A DNA stretch of 64,000 nt, taken from NCBI RefSeq assembly GCF_006345805.1, contig NC_043003.1, positions 51,150,001-51,214,000 on the forward strand. The letters run 5' to 3'. Below the pieces are notes generated by a model. The model saw nothing but the letters and a program-made list of their open reading frames with translations. It did no database searches and was not told the origin of the DNA. Of the stretch, positions 47,925-62,494 are shown one piece after another. This DNA is from Octopus sinensis. Taxonomy: Eukaryota. The stretch's first letter is position 1. Each line of letters starts with the position of its first letter. A program made the position numbers and the translations under genes.

Positions 47925-48399
47925 ATAATGAAATTAATTGTATACAGTGCTCAGGTGCACCACAACTTGTCAGAAAGTGCATATAAAGTACATGCAGTAA
48001 TGTAGAAATGTCTGGAAAGCGAACAATGTATGAGTCAGATACATGCTTGTGTGTGTATGGAGGGGAGAAAAATCAAGTGTAGTGTTGGCGAATCTCAGGA
48101 AGCATGGAAGTTTTGAAGGATGCAGTGCTCCGACAACTAACAACTGATGCCGGCAGTTTGTTCCATGCTTCAGCAACTCTCAGCGGGAAAAAATGTTTCC
48201 TAAAGTCATGGGAGCTGTGCTGTTTTCTGACTTTGTAAATATGTCCACGGGTGTTAGATGGGTGGAGTTTGAAAAGGTGCTCAGAGTTATTGTTTGTACG
48301 ATGGTTGATAATTTTATGGGTGTCTGCCAAGTCAGCTGCCAGACGTCGGAGTTTCAATGTGTCCATGCCCAGGGAAGTAAGGCGTTCAGAATATGGCAA
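47925..48399 (-). mobile_element. CR1-clade LINE 3' fragment (same family as 29430-30084) in THOC1 intron 1
   Basis: PYSERLTSLGMDTLKLRRLAADL...RVAEAWNKLPASVV and the same 3'UTR GTGCACCTGAGCACTGTA. Confidence 0.9.
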
Positions 48400-49599
48400 A
48401 TATAGTAGTAATGCAGCGATTTGTATTGTTACTACAATATAGTATTATTTACATATAACTACTACATATAAATATACATATAGGTGCAGGCGTGGCTGTG
48501 TGGTAAGACGCTTCCCAACCAGATGAATCTAGGTCCACTCCCACGGCATGGTACCTTGGGCAAGTGTTTCTACTATAGCCTCAGGCTGATCAAAACATTG
48601 TGACTGGATTTGGTAGATGGAAACTGGAAGAAGCCTATTGTGGCATGTAAAAAGCACCATCTGATCATGGCCGTTTGCCAGCCTCGTCTGGCACCTGTGC
48701 CGGTGGCACGTAAAAAGCACCCACTACACTCACGGAGTGGTTGGCGTTAGGAAGGGCATCCAGCCGTAGAAACATTGCCAGATCAGACTGGGCCTGGTGC
48801 AGCCTTCTGGCTTCCCAGACCCCGGTTGAACCGTCCAACCCATGCTAGCATGGAAAGCGGACGCTAAATGATGATGATGATGATATATCTGTGTGTGTGT
48901 GTTTGTTCCCCACCACCACACAATAACTGATGTTGGTGTGTTTGTGTTCCCCAACTTAGTGGTTTGGCAAAAGAAACTGATAGAATAAGTATCAGGCTTA
49001 AAAAGGAAAGAAATGTTAAGTGTGGGGTCGATTCATTTGACTAAAAATTCTTCAAGGCAGTGCCCCCGTTTGACCACAGTCTAATGACTGAAACAAGTAA
49101 AAGATAAACGATATATTTAGATGACAAAGATGATATTAGACAGCAAAGAAACTATTAAATATACTGTTCTTTGATTGGGTAGTCAATCTATTATCCTCAT
49201 CTTCATCATTCTATGTGACACATGTTCAAGATGGCCATACAGTATGCAACCCTTTTTGCTTGTAAACCATAATGTATTATTTATTTACCATCATCATTGT
49301 GTTTGTATATTGTTATGTGTGTTTTTCTTTCTCTGGAAGTCATTTCTATTGCCAACCATTTTAAAGCAATGACTAAGTATATTTTATCATGCCACCAGCA
49401 TTCTAATTTGTTTGAATTTTTATTCACAGTTACTACTCATTTAGTCAGTTTGTTTATGCTGTGGCTTGTAGACCTTTTGTTTCTTCTATTTCATTTTGCA
49501 TACTATTTTTCAATAGAAAACTACTACAAGAGAACACCCATCTCTTTCTCATTGTTCAGTTTTTTTCCAAGCTTATGATGAATTCTTGATATATTACAG

Positions 49600-49673
49600 G
49601 AAGTCTTGCAAAGCCTGCTCACCAAGAATGTACTCAGTCAGTGTATACCACATGTCCAGAGTTACCATGGCAA
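49600..49673 (+). CDS. THOC1: THOC1 exon 2 (EVLQSLLTKNVLSQCIPHVQSYHG)
   Basis: tattacag| acceptor and |gtaagt donor; 74 nt, phase 0 to 2, fits exons 1 and 3. Confidence 0.85.
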
Positions 49674-50674
49674 GTAAGTATTTCAGTCAACAAATATGCT
49701 CTAGTCTACATTATATATAACAGCTAGTATATAACAGGTATACTATACAGCTATTAAAGTATATATTATTGGCAACTCTATAGCTACTAACAGCACCCAA
49801 ATTACAGTCATTACTCAACACATCATCATCAACATTTAATGTCCATTTTCCATGATAGCATGAGTTGGGTGGCTTGACAGAAAATGGCAAGGCCAGGAGG
49901 CCACACCTGGTTCCATAGTCTGTTTTGGCTTGGTTTCTACATGCTATAAAACAAATTTGATGTCACCAACTACAGTGATGACAACAAGTCATTGTTATAA
50001 AAACAATAAAATATTAAATGACTTATATATTATATTATGTATAGTATATATAACATAGATACTATAATAACATATATACTCATATAAACTACTATAGTTA
50101 CTGACATTATCTACATCACATGTTGAAGCTATTTTATGACATATATACTTTTGTCTGTACTGCAGTTACCATCAATGCCTACATTGTGTTTGAGCTAACA
50201 AAGGAACCTCTAAATGGTCCTTCAACCAGTCAGAAATAGCAGTCAAATCTATCTCAGATCACACCCAGTTGTATCAGAAAATGAAAGTTGTTGGACAGTA
50301 TAGTCTGAAATATGTAATAAAATGAAATGATTGATAATGGGTCTGTTCAATCAAGTTTTACCTTGGGCTAAAATCTAAAATGTATCATCATCATTTTTAT
50401 GTCCACATTTGCATTGCATGCATGAACTAAGTGCAATAAAACGGCTTAAGATTACACTTTTGTCTTTGTTATACAATCTCTGATGATTTAATGATGTTGT
50501 ATGATTGTGAGATAATTCTTTGCTTAACAGTCATGTTCATTAATGAAACATGTCCAAGAAGTACTGAATAAACATAAAATCTTATCTCAGTTCTTGTTAT
50601 AGATATAGATTTTTATACAGTAACAAATATCTATGTATATAAAAATTTTTACCAAACTTTCCTATTGCTTTCAG

Positions 50675-50735
50675 TGACAGTGAGAAAAAACTGGCTTTAG
50701 ATCAAGCGCTCCGTGATATTGTTCGCATTGTTATA
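50675..50735 (+). CDS. THOC1: THOC1 exon 3 (NDSEKKLALDQALRDIVRIVI)
   Basis: ttgctttcag| and |gtaagt; 61 nt. Resembles THOC1 ENEKKCTLDQAFR. Confidence 0.92.
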
Positions 50736-51515
50736 GTAAGTCCACTCTATTTTCAAATTTTTTTTATTGTCATCATTATTAATTGCATGTGGTAGATTGG
50801 CAGCATCAATAGAAAGCTGCAATATTTTGTTATATCTTTTTACATTTTGTGTTCAAATCTTACCAAGGTTAGCTTTGCCTTTCATCCTTCTATGGTAGTT
50901 AAAATATAATACCAGTCAAGTACTGTAGTTTATTTTATTTACCATGCCCTTCCTCCACCAAAATATACAATCTTGGGCCCAACCTAGAAATCATTATTAT
51001 AATACTTACAAAGGGAGTGGAGTGACAAAACCATTAGCACACCTAACAAAATACCTTATAGTATCTGTTCAGTTCTTTACACTTTGTGTTCAAATTTACT
51101 TTTCATCCTCCTGAGGCTGATTAAAACAAAATAAAATACCAGTCAAGTACTGGGTTCAATACGGTCTACTACACCCTTTGTCCAAACTTTTTTCTTTTTC
51201 TTCCCTCTTTTTTGTATTCGTGTGTGAGAGTGGATGCAGTTGTGTTCATGTGTGAGGGTGGATGCAGTTGTGTTCGTGTGTCCCTTCATCCAAATTTAAG
51301 GCCTTTTGCCACTGTAAGAGAAATTATCATCATAGTCGCAGGTATAACAGAAATGATAGAATGCTCATTTGATTTCTTTGTTGTTAGAGATCAAAATCCA
51401 TTGGGTATTAACTTAGCCTTTTATCCTTCCATAAGCACTACTAATGAAGTAGAGGCCAGGGAGAGAGGTTAGATTCATCTATCTTGTGCTAAAATTTTCT
51501 TTTTGTGTGTTGCAG

Positions 51516-51582
51516 ACCGAAGAGATGGGCTGTTCTGTATACAGAGAAGTGATCACAACAGCCATTGAAGCTGCTAATCAAG
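51516..51582 (+). CDS. THOC1: THOC1 exon 4 (TEEMGCSVYREVITTAIEAANQ)
   Basis: gtgttgcag| and |gtaaga; 67 nt, phase 0 to 1; the only open frame. Confidence 0.9.
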
Positions 51583-53639
51583 GTAAGATCAACTTTCTTT
51601 ACAGATATTTTAAATGGTGAAAATCAGAAGTAGTTTTTCAAATGACTCAACTCATTTGAATTTCCCTTCTCTCTATGTGCTTGCAAATTTCATCTGCTCT
51701 TTCTCATTCCTTTGTCACCACTCTCTTTTCTATTCACCTTCTTTGACATATTATTTTGAGTGATTAAACACATCATAAGATAGTGAGGACTGTAGCCTTG
51801 TTTGCTGCAAAGTAACCTTCTGCTAGTGTTATGATAAAAATGCATCCAATATAGGTGCAGTCCATCTACATGGTTCTGAGTTCAATCCCACTGCGTGGTA
51901 CATTTGGCAAGGGTCTTCTACTGTAGCCCCTAGAACCCAAAAATTTGTATGTGAATTTAGTAGACAGAAACTGAAAGAAGCCTGTTGTGTATTTGTTACT
52001 GTCTCCTTGTTTTGACTTCACATGATAGTTTAATGAAATTGTAATTGTGATACCAGTGCCGGTGGCATGTAAAAGAGCCATCCGAACGTGGCCGTTGCCA
52101 GTGCCGCCTCAACTGGCCTCCGTGCCGGTGGCACGTAAAAAGCACCAACCAATCGTGGCTGTTGCCAGCCTCACCTGGCACGTAAAAAGCACCCACTACA
52201 CTCACGGAGTGGTTGGCGTTAGGAAGGGCATCCAGCTGTAGAAACGCTGCCAGATCAGACTGGGCCTGGTGCAGCCTCCTGGCTTTCCAGACCCCAGACG
52301 AACCGTCCAACCCATGCTAGCATGGAAAGTGGACGTTAAACGATGATGATGATGATGTCATCATAATGCAGGTGGTGTCCTTCAGTTCCAGTATCCTGCA
52401 AAAATATGTCTGATTATAAAGAAATGATACCTTATTTGGAAACATGTGTGAGTTGGTGACAGGAAGGTTATTTGGTTGTAGAAAATCGGCCTCAGCAAAT
52501 TCTTTCCAACCTATGCAAGCATAGAAAAATGGACATTAAACCAATGATGATACTTTGTCAAGTGGTTGATGAATGATCTGAGATAACTTGTGGTTAGGAA
52601 ATCTTTTAGCTTTTTTGAGTATATGACTTGTGTTGATACCACAATAAAATGCATCCAGTACACTCTGTAAAGTAGTTGATGATAGGAGGGTTGTTCAGTC
52701 ATGGAATCCAAGCAAAATATGAAATTTATGAGCAAGGGCCGCAACTCTGAATATAAACTAGCTCAAACCACAACAACCCATCCAACCCAATTAAAGCATG
52801 GAAAGGGAGCATAAAATGATGAGGGTGACAATGACCTTGTTATTTCTTAATCTTGAAACTTTATAGTCATCAAGTGTATGGAAAGATATCTGCATGGTAA
52901 TTTAACGTGCTCGAAGTAATAGTTAGATTACACTCATCATCATCATTGTTGTTTAATATCCACTTTCCATGGTGGCATGGGTTAGATGGTTTGACATGAA
53001 GATGGCCAGCTGAGAGCTGTCCAGACTTCAGTTGTCTGTTGTGGCATGGTTTCTATGGCTGGATACCCTTCCACTTAACGTGTGCTGGGTGCTTTTACAT
53101 GCCACTTTCACAGTTTAAAAACGATATGGGTACATTGGTTAATTTAGCCTCTGATATACTCTGTCTGAAATGAAGATGAAATGGTGGAAAGATGGAATGC
53201 CTTTGATTATATATCTGTCTAATAAAACTGACTTAAGACTGCAGACCAAAACAACAATGATACCTGCATTTTGTTATGGTCCTGTCACAGCATGTACTAG
53301 GAAGGGAACACAGGACTGGTTACGTTCTACAAGAAGGTATGGGCATCTAGTGACTTTCCTGGACTGAGAAATCAAAAGTTGTAGTGATCAAAACATGTGC
53401 AATGCAACAATGCAATTAAACTGAAATATCTATGATCAGATTCCAAATTAGATCAAGGGTCCATCTTGTTGGAACATGGTTAATTATTTGAATTGCATCC
53501 TCAATTGCACTATCCAAAATATCTTTTTGGCAGCTACAAATAACGTCACAAAATCTATCCTGGTGTTTCTTTCGTAACTCAGTTATTAACAGTCTATACA
53601 TCAATCGACAGCCCGTGTTCAGAGCTTTCAAATGTGTTG

Positions 53640-54264
53640 TGTAACATTTTTATCAATTTTCATCAATGGTCAGTACTGGTCAGTAGATGCAAAAAACAAT
53701 AAAGGACTCATTCTCTTTCAAGGCAAAAAATCTCCCAGAAAACGACATGATGAAATTGAATGAGAAATCATTTGTCAGGTCATTTTCACCCCAAGACAAG
53801 GTGAGTGCAAGAAGGAAGTGTTATTCCATCAAGTACAGGAAAGTAATTGTGGCAGAATCTCTGGGCAAGAATCTTACTATTTTCTGCAAAGAAAAGAATT
53901 TGGAACTCCAAATAGTTCGAAAATGGCAAGTAGACTACAATAAACTCAGTCAACAAGTGGACAAGGGAAATGCAAAGAAACGCAAGTGCGGATCTGCATG
54001 AATTTTGGAATCTGAAGATTTGCAGGACAATGACATGACTGTTTTTGAATAAATTGTTGTTAATGGAGTTTCTGAGTAAAAGAACATGTAAATCATCAAG
54101 TAAATGTAGATCATTTTTTAATAATTTCTGTTTATTTAGTAATTTCATAATGTCGTTTTTCAGTACATGAAAAAAATATGAACTTCCCTGAAAATAAGCC
54201 CTAGCACATTGTTTCAGAGTGAAAATAAATATAAGCCTTATCTTATTTTCGGGGAAATATGGTA
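53640..54264 (+). mobile_element. pogo-like DNA transposon remnant (N-terminal HTH plus right TIR) in THOC1 intron 4
   Basis: RRKCYSIKYRKVIVAE...QIVRKWQ resembles a Brinker/psq-like HTH. Ends CTTATTTTCGGGGAAATATGG-TA with an internal inverted copy TTCCCTGAAAATAAG at about 54184. Confidence 0.55.
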
Positions 54265-54410
54265 TGCATATTGCATTTGAATATATATATATATATGTGT
54301 GTGTATATATATATATATATATTTGTTTCTCTTGTTGTTTGTGTATTGAACTCATTTGTTTTCGTATTTCATGTTGTTTACTGTTGGTGACGTTCTGTAC
54401 CCATATATAC

Positions 54411-54441
<31 letters not shown>

Positions 54442-54885
54442 ACCAAGAAAAAAGCAACAAGAATGGATCAGTAGTTTAGTACAATTGTTTCATACTAAGA
54501 ACATTTTAATTTAAAGCTGCAAATATTACAGCAAATATAATGTCAAGTATTCATCCGCTAAATCACATATATGTTTTCCAAACATCCTAGAGAGTGTAAA
54601 TATCCTTATGAAGTAATAGGAGTGAGTTCTATGAATTTGAAGTAAGATTATAAGCAGACTATATGTTTTCCAATAATGCACAGTTTTTAAAAAAAGTTTT
54701 TAAAATGATTATTAACTTCTCAGAGAAGGTAAATCCATCCATAAAGATGCAGATATAAGTTCCAGGAGACATGAGGAAAGATACTGGTCACACACCGGTT
54801 CAGTTCACATTCAGAGATGTGCATCTAAGTTAAGTACCATATTCATTTGGATTCATTTGAATTCATTTGAATCTTAATTGTTTTG

Positions 54886-54922
<37 letters not shown>

Positions 54923-55411
54923 CTACACTCACGGAGTGGTTGGCGTTAGGAAGGGCATCCAGCCGTAGAAACACTGCCATATTTGACTGGGCCTGATGAA
55001 GCCTTCTGGCTTCACAGACCCCAGTAGAACCGTCCAACCCATGCTAGCATGGAAAACGGACGCTAAACGATGATGATGATGATGATGATGATATATATTA
55101 CAAACACACACATTTATATATGTGTTTGAATATATATATATTGATTGATTGATTCTAGTTTCAGCTTATGAGCTGTGGTCATGCTGGGGCACGTATATAT
55201 CTTCTCTCACCTTTCTACCTTCTGCTTCTTCGTTGTTCACGAATCTCTGTATCTTCTTCTTTGCCACTATATCTTCCTTATCTTTCTCCTTCTGCCACTT
55301 TCCTTGCATTAGATTAATTGTGTTGACACAATATAAGATTTAAAAACAAAAAAAAATGACTTTGGTGATAATGACAATAGTGATGAGACAATGTTCTTAC
55401 TGTATTTGTAG

Positions 55412-55530
55412 ATGTGTGTTCAGCTTCCACACCATTTGTACTTCTATCAGATGTCTTTGACATGATTACTTTGGAACAATGTGAGGATATCTTCAATCTG
55501 GTCGAAGAAAAAGTCAGCACTTGGAAGTCT
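55412..55530 (+). CDS. THOC1: THOC1 exon 5 (DVCSASTPFVLLSDVFDMITLEQCEDIFNLVEEKVSTWKS)
   Basis: atttgtag| and |gtaagt; 119 nt. Matches THOC1 CTASTPFVLLGDVLD...QCDTIFTFVE...TWKS. Confidence 0.95.
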
Positions 55531-57123
55531 GTAAGTATCACTTGAGGAAATGTTGCATTTCATGTTGGCTGGGCGTGGTGTAGCGATATGAAGAGCTCTG
55601 AATGTGTGTGTGTATGTGTGTAGATTGTTACATAGCCTTAGTTCAGCCCTAATCAAGCAGTCCTATGGCACAAGTAATCAGCCAAACTACAAGATGCAAC
55701 ACACGGTTCTAGATTTCTTGTTAAATCATATTTCCATATCTTTGAAGACCATACTGCATACTTCAACAAGCAGTGATAAATCATATAGGGTAAGTGTGAT
55801 AGTTTGAACAGGTTGCACTTGCTTCATTGTCCATTCTGTACTCTTGTAATTTCTTGAGAGTTCACAGTGAAGTTAGGTAGAATGGACTCAGTCAGAACAA
55901 TAGTCTTTTTTTTTTTTCTCTACTCTAGGCATAAGGCCTGAAACTTTTGAGGAGGAGGCCAGCCGATTAGATCGACCCCAGTATGCAACTGATACTTAAT
56001 TTATCGACCCCGAAAGGATGAAAGGCAAAATCAACCTCAGTGGAATTTGAACTCAGAACGTAAAGACAGACGAAATACTGCTAAGCATTTCGCCTGGCAT
56101 CCTAACGTTTCTGCCAGTTTGCCAACTTTCAGAACACGATCTTCTGCACTCATCAGTTATATGCATTCTCACAAAGCTTTGGTCGGTCCAAGGCTATAGT
56201 AGAAGACACTTGCCTAAGGTGCCATGCAGTGGGACTGAACTCTCAACCATGTGGTTGGTAAGCAAGCTACTTACCACACAGCCACTCCTAGGCCATGTAT
56301 ATAATTACTGTATATAGTACTTATAAGGTGTTGAAGTATTTATGTAGTGTTAGATATCATGTTAGTGTTCAAATTAGTAATGCTACACTGTGAAATAGAG
56401 TGGTGAAGTAGTGTTAGATGTAGAGATGGTAGCATAATAATTCAGTGATAGATACATCATGATTAGTAAAGTGTTTATAATGATCTTGTGCTTTTTGTCC
56501 CCTCGATAGCTCTTTCATTTTCTAAATAAATTAAAAAAGAAGGAGCATCCACAAGCCCTCAGAAACTGCAGTGTGATTGGTGAAGTTAATCTTCAGTTCA
56601 ATATCCATTGATCAATATCTTCAGAAAAGGAAAAAAAGGTTCATGTAGTGTGTATTAATTCTAGTTATATAAGTCCATGGTACATAAAAAGTGTTCTGAT
56701 ATTAATAAAAAAGTGTTGTAGTTTACTTGAAGCATAGCAGTGTGTTATAGAAGGTAATAATAGTGCAGAAAAAACATTAAATATCAAAATTAACAATAAT
56801 AGCAACAACAAAGATATCAAAATGTTATTGTGCAAGTATTTAATTAATCCTGATATTTTGAGTTAAAAACTCCTTTTCAAAAGCTCTAAAGATCAAGAGG
56901 AGTAAGATGTGTTATATGTCCATTTCATTGGCATGTTGAATCCTTGTCTAATATTGGTTTCACTGTTAATTCAATGAAGTTAGAACTATAAATCTTTTAA
57001 CTTTCTACTCTGTTGTTGTTTTACAAACTCTTAGCCCTAACTAAGGAAGCTCTGAGGGCATTAATCAAGGAATTGTCTGTTCTCAGTTCAGCTCCTCTAT
57101 TTCTTTCTTCCTCATTTTCGCAG

Positions 57124-57172
57124 GACACCTTTTACGATGCTGGTAAGAACTATCTGCTGAGAATGTGCAATG
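57124..57172 (+). CDS. THOC1: THOC1 exon 6 (DTFYDAGKNYLLRMCN)
   Basis: cattttcgcag| and |gtaagt; 49 nt. Matches TFYSAGKNYLLRMCN. Confidence 0.96.
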
Positions 57173-58229
57173 GTAAGTAACCCCTCAGTTATATTGAAAA
57201 CCAGTAAAACAGTAACCTTTGATTATATGTTTGCCTTTAACGGTGCTGCTTCATTAAACTCTCTGTGTATCATATCAATGAACAGGAGAGAGATAACATT
57301 TGCTTATGAGATAATGCTAGCTGAGGATTGTATGAAATACTCTGACTTGCCTTTTGTGGGTATACTCCATCTTCTGTTTTTTTTAAGTGTTACATATTTA
57401 CTATATTAATATTATTATCATTATTATTATTATTATTATTATTAAGGCAGCAAGCTGGCAGAATTGTTAGCACACCAGGCAAAATACTTCATGACATTTC
57501 AACCATTTTTACATTCTGAGTTCAAATTCCTCCAAGATTGACATTGCCTTTCATCCTTTCGGGGTCGATAAATTAAATGCCAGTGAAACATTGGAGTTGA
57601 TGTAATCAACTAGTCCCCACCACCAAAATTTCAGGCCTTGTGCTTTTGATAGAAAGGATAATTATTATGTCAAGGGCAGTGAAGAGGCATAGTTGGTTGA
57701 ACAGCGGATTAAATGCCTTATGAGTAGTTAGTTACATCTCTTTATATATCACCTTGCCTTTACATCTTACCTTGTTTTTCATTTATGTGGTGTCAGTAAG
57801 TACTAATTAAGTACTAGAATTGATTTGATCAGCTAGACACTTCTCTCAGGTCTTATGGTTTTGTGTTAATGTAAGAAATCATCATCATCTTTATTATTAT
57901 TAAGGCGGTGAGCTGACAGGATCATTAGTTGCTTGTTTCTTCTCGACCCACGCCTGGATCATAAGGCTGGTTTCCTTGGCGTATAGGTTCTCCACTTGGA
58001 TGGGACACCGGTCCGTTGCAGGTTAGCTGCAAGATGCAGGAGGAAAGAGTGAGAGAAAGTTGTGGCGAATGAATCAACAGAAGTTCGCCGTTACCTTCTG
58101 CCGGAGCCGCATGGAGCTTAGGTGTTTTGCTCATAACACACACATCGCCCAGTCTGAGATTCGAACCCATGGTCCCTCAACCACGAGTCCGCTGCTCTAA
58201 CCACTAAGCCATGTGCCTCCACAGGACCA

Positions 58230-59080
58230 TTAGTACCCTGGACGAAAGGCTTAGTGATATTTCTTCCAGCTCTTTATGTTCTGTGTTCAAATTTTGCTGG
58301 GGTCAATTTTGCCTTTATCCTTCCAGAGTCGATAAAATAAGTACCAGTTGAGCACTGGATTCAGTGTAATCAATTTACCTACCCCACGAAATTGCTGTCG
58401 TTGTGTTAAAATTTGAAACTATTGATATCATTATTAGGGTGGTGCACTGGCGGAATTGTTAGCATACTGGCCAAAATGTTTAGCAGCATTTGGTCCTGCT
58501 GTATGTTCTGAGTTCAATTTCTACCAAGGTCAATTTTGCCTTTCATCCTTTTAGGGTCAATAAAATATGTACCAGTGAAGCACTGGGTGATTGACTAGCC
58601 TCTCTCCTCCAAATTGTGCCTATAAGAGAAAGGATTATTGTTATTATTTTCATGAGGATGGTGAGCTGACGGAATTGTTAGCACAGCAGCATTTCCTCTG
58701 CTTTTATGTTCTGAGTTCAAATTTCACTGAGGTTGACTTTGCATTTCACCCTTTTGAGGTTGATGAAATAAGTACCAGCTGAGCACTCGGGTCAATGAAA
58801 TTGACTAGCTCTAACCCCTAAAATTTCAGGCCATGTGCCTACAGAAGAAAGGATTATTATTATCAAGGTAGCGAGCTGACAGAATCATTAGCACACTGGA
58901 CGAAATGCTTAGTGGTATTTCGTATGGCGCTACGTTCTGATTTCAAATTCCGCCAAGGTTGACTGCCTTTCATCCTTTCAGGGTCAATAAATTAAATACC
59001 AGTTGTGTACTGGGGTCAGTGTGATCGACTATCTCCCTCCCCACAAAATCCAGGCCTTGTGCTTATAGTAGAAAGGATTA
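58230..59080 (+). mobile_element. Tandem run of CpG-decayed family C SINEs in THOC1 intron 6
   Basis: Four successive copies of the GCCTTTCATCC...AAGTACCAG core separated by ATT-rich spacers. Confidence 0.85.
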
Positions 59081-60219
59081 TTATATTTTATCATTTATTT
59101 ACTGTACTTTGCTTGTCATTTCTATATCTGTTATTTAGTCCCATATCAGCCCTAAATAAACAAACCTATAACCAAAAGCATTAAATCCATTACCGTCTTG
59201 CTTTTTGAATCCACCATCAGAATTGATGTGGAGTATTTAGTTATGCAATCGATTACACTGCATACTTGTTGAATTAATGTGTAAGTAGTTGAGTACTCTT
59301 AACGTAATTTTCAGGTTGAATCAGTGTGATACAATATGGAACCAGACCTTTGAATTACAAGTACAGGCCATCCAGTTGGCTTCCATCTACCCAGTTTCAC
59401 TCACAAGGTTAGATCAACCCAAATACATGGTAAAAGACACTCCCTTGCTCAAGATGCTAGAGTGGGATTGAACCAAGGATATTGTGTTTGCAAAATGAAC
59501 TTCTTATTCATATGGCCATAACTGCACCGACTTTCGTATATATAGAACTACAATTTCCATGCGATCCAAAGTACCTTGGATTGCAGGACGGCCTGCTTTG
59601 CTTCCCTTGGATCGTAGGGCGACCTGCTGTGCTTGAGGAGACCTATTGAGTCAAGTACATCAACATCAAAATAAAAATCAAATGGAAATTGTAGTTGTGA
59701 TACCTGTGCCGGTGGCACATAAAAAGCACCATCCAAATGTGGCCAATGCCAGCACCGCCTTGACTGGCTTCCATGCCGGTGGTACGTAAAAAGCACCAAC
59801 CGATCGTGGATGCTGCCAGCCTCCCCTGGCACTTGTGCTGGTGGCGCGTAAAATGCACCCACTACACTCACAGAGTGAAGATAGTAGATTTTGATTTGAG
59901 ATAGATTTGGCTGCTATTTCTTGCAGGTCGTGTGATAACATAGAGGTTAGTCATTGGCTTGAGATATATTTATACCGTTCTGCATGATGTGTTTTATCTT
60001 TGTGTGATGTTCATGTTTCAGTTCCTTAACCTCACACCTATATCACTCATTAATTTGTCTTGCATGTTTTTACATGCTAACATGGGCCGGACAAATACAT
60101 ATTGAGGCATTGTTTTCCAACCAGATACCTATGCCCATAGCCATGCATGTGTCTCTGACTGTGCATATGCCTATTGCTACGCTTCACCGATTTTATTTAT
60201 TTATATATTTCAATTTCAG

Positions 60220-60315
60220 ATTTGCTTAGAAGACTTTCCAAATCTCAGAATACTGTGTTCTGTGGTCGGATACAGCTGTTCCTGTCTCGGTTATTTCCAC
60301 TCTCTGAGAAATCAG
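60220..60315 (+). CDS. THOC1: THOC1 exon 7 ([32 protein letters not shown])
   Basis: caatttcag| and |gtaaat; 96 nt. Near-identical to the hallmark THOC1/Hpr1 motif. Confidence 0.98.
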
Positions 60316-61614
60316 GTAAATTAGTCAACATTAATCCGCAGAATTTGCATTTTTACCTCAGCGATCCTGAGTTTTAGTGTCAAGACAGGAGAACAACAAA
60401 TATACAAAATTATACAAAAACAATTAACACTTAAGCCTAAGGCAAACAAAACATAGAAAAAATAACACAATATATTGAAGAGTAAGTTATCTCAGTGAAA
60501 AGAAGGAAAACTACAACAAACTGGTGACATTTGTGCAAGTATGTGCTGATGATTCCTCAGTTATAGAGGCCACTTCAGGGATTTAGTTTACAAGTTATGA
60601 GATGATCACTAGTGCTGATGCTACAAAAATCACCCAGAACACTCTGTAATGCAGTTGGCATTATGAAGGGCATCAAGCCACAGAAATTACATTAACCCTT
60701 TATTCATATTGTTTTAAACTAATCATGAATAATCTCAATGCTTTGAGATTTCAATGATATTGTTTGATTTTAGAATAGTAATGTAGGGTAGGTGTGAGAA
60801 GCTAGATCTGGTCAGTTTGAACAAAAAACCCGATAGAATATTTGGACCAGATATGGCCAGTTTGAATACTAAAGAGTGAAAGTGATTTCTGGTGTAGACT
60901 TCCTACTCATCAGACCCTATCAAACCATCCAATTCATGTTAGCTTGGAAGTTGGACATGTGTTGTTTACCTAGTAAGAATTTAAGAACTTTGAGAGAAAT
61001 AAATCATTTTTAACAATGGAACTCAAAGGAGATAAAACTATGATAGCATATAAATATGGGTTAAAAACGTTTTGAAAGAAAATAATTGAAGGCTGTCTGT
61101 GGGTCTTGAAGTCAGATATTCTACCATTCTAACAAAACAATTCTTCAGATTTCTCTATCTATTTTACAAGCTTATCAGTAAGAACTGCATGTTGTTTATA
61201 TCATAAGAATTCAGAAACTTTTAGAGACGTGAAATAAATCATTTTGAATGGTGGTACTCAAATACACTGCAAGCATTTTTTGTGGAGAAAACACTTTCCT
61301 TTCATTGTCGCAACTAATTGAGGATCTTAGAAATAGTAAAGTGACATCCTGTCCAGAGTGAGATCTATCTTCCTCTTAACACCATAAATCCAAGTGCTAA
61401 ACTTTTGCTCTTGAAAGCTTCTAAAGTTTTGCAAACAAGTTTTACACATTGCATATTGTAGTCCACCCATGTACTGTAGTAGATATGAATAGTTTCCAGG
61501 AATACCCTATGAATTTAAGTGTTAACCATCATTCACCTTGAAAACTCCCTTAATTTCCTTTTCGTATGCCATCCTCATCTATATCTTTATCTTTATTATT
61601 GATATCTGTTACAG

Positions 61615-61691
61615 CTTTGAACTTAATGAGTCAGTTTAATTTGGACAATATCACTGTTTACAACACAAACCCGGAGGAATCTCGCTTAAAG
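61615..61691 (+). CDS. THOC1: THOC1 exon 8 (ALNLMSQFNLDNITVYNTNPEESRLK)
   Basis: ctgttacag| and |gtaaga; 77 nt. Matches LNLQSQFNLENVTVFNTN. Confidence 0.96.
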
Positions 61692-62438
61692 GTAAGATAC
61701 TTGCAGCATTGGTTCACTTCACAATGACACATCATTCATAATCCCTTCTAAAAGACCTTACAAAAATATTTCTCAATCCATGTCTTAATACCCACTGCAT
61801 TTGATGTGTTTTATAAGTTAATGTCTTTCCAGACATTTTTCAAGTAATCACTAATGATCTCTCATGGTGATCTAATATATAACTCTGCCAAAACTGCATT
61901 ATGTAAACTAGGTTTCTCTTTAGTTCCAAGAAATACAAGAACAGAGGAGGAAGGGTAGTGCTATGATCTTTTGCTGAATCTCTTAGGCTTGGTGATGACC
62001 CAAGAGAAGATGAGGAGACTATGACTCCTATGTTAATAAATCAAGAAGCAGCACATCCTGATGTCTTCAGGATGGTTAACTGGTCCAGATTCAAGTAAAG
62101 CCACAAGGTTCAAACGATGGTGTTGAATCAATTGACAGATCAGTTCTGCCACCTGAGAACAAGTTAGGTTTAGTCCATCCTACAAGCTTCTCCACAATTT
62201 CCATGTATCCAGTTCTGCTCAGAAATTTTGGTTTGACCTGAGACAGTGGCAGATCAGAGCCACTTGTTCATTGAATTGTGTGTAAGTAACCTAAAATTCC
62301 ATGCAGTGGAATTACACCCAGATTCATGTGACTATAAAATGAATTTCTTAACCACACAGGCGCGACTCTGTCTGTTAGTAGTCTGATGCTCTGCTGATGT
62401 CTTTATTTTGTATAAATAATTATATTTCTTTATTTTAG

Positions 62439-62494
62439 AATGAGGTGAATGAAGATAGAATGGAATTCGATGCAGAAATGGAAGAAAATAACAG
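62439..62494 (+). CDS. THOC1: THOC1 exon 9 (NEVNEDRMEFDAEMEENN, acidic linker)
   Basis: tattttag| and |gtaaaa; 56 nt, phase 0 to 2, joins exons 8 and 10. Confidence 0.9.

Noticed and set aside
53291-53336. Candidate exon (cacag| ... |gtatgg) in THOC1 intron 4
   Set aside because: Exons 4 and 5 already join in phase and colinearly with THOC1; inclusion would shift the frame. At most a cryptic or poison exon, with no support.
55447-55656. Minus-strand ORF first read as a LINE endonuclease fragment
   Set aside because: It is largely the antisense of THOC1 exon 5, which has perfect splice sites and homology on +.
61990-62065. C/D-box snoRNA-like GTGATGA...CTGA in a THOC1 intron (weaker ones near 50480 and 60547)
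   Set aside because: No terminal stem, no recognisable rRNA guide, and it appears to lie in decayed repeat sequence.
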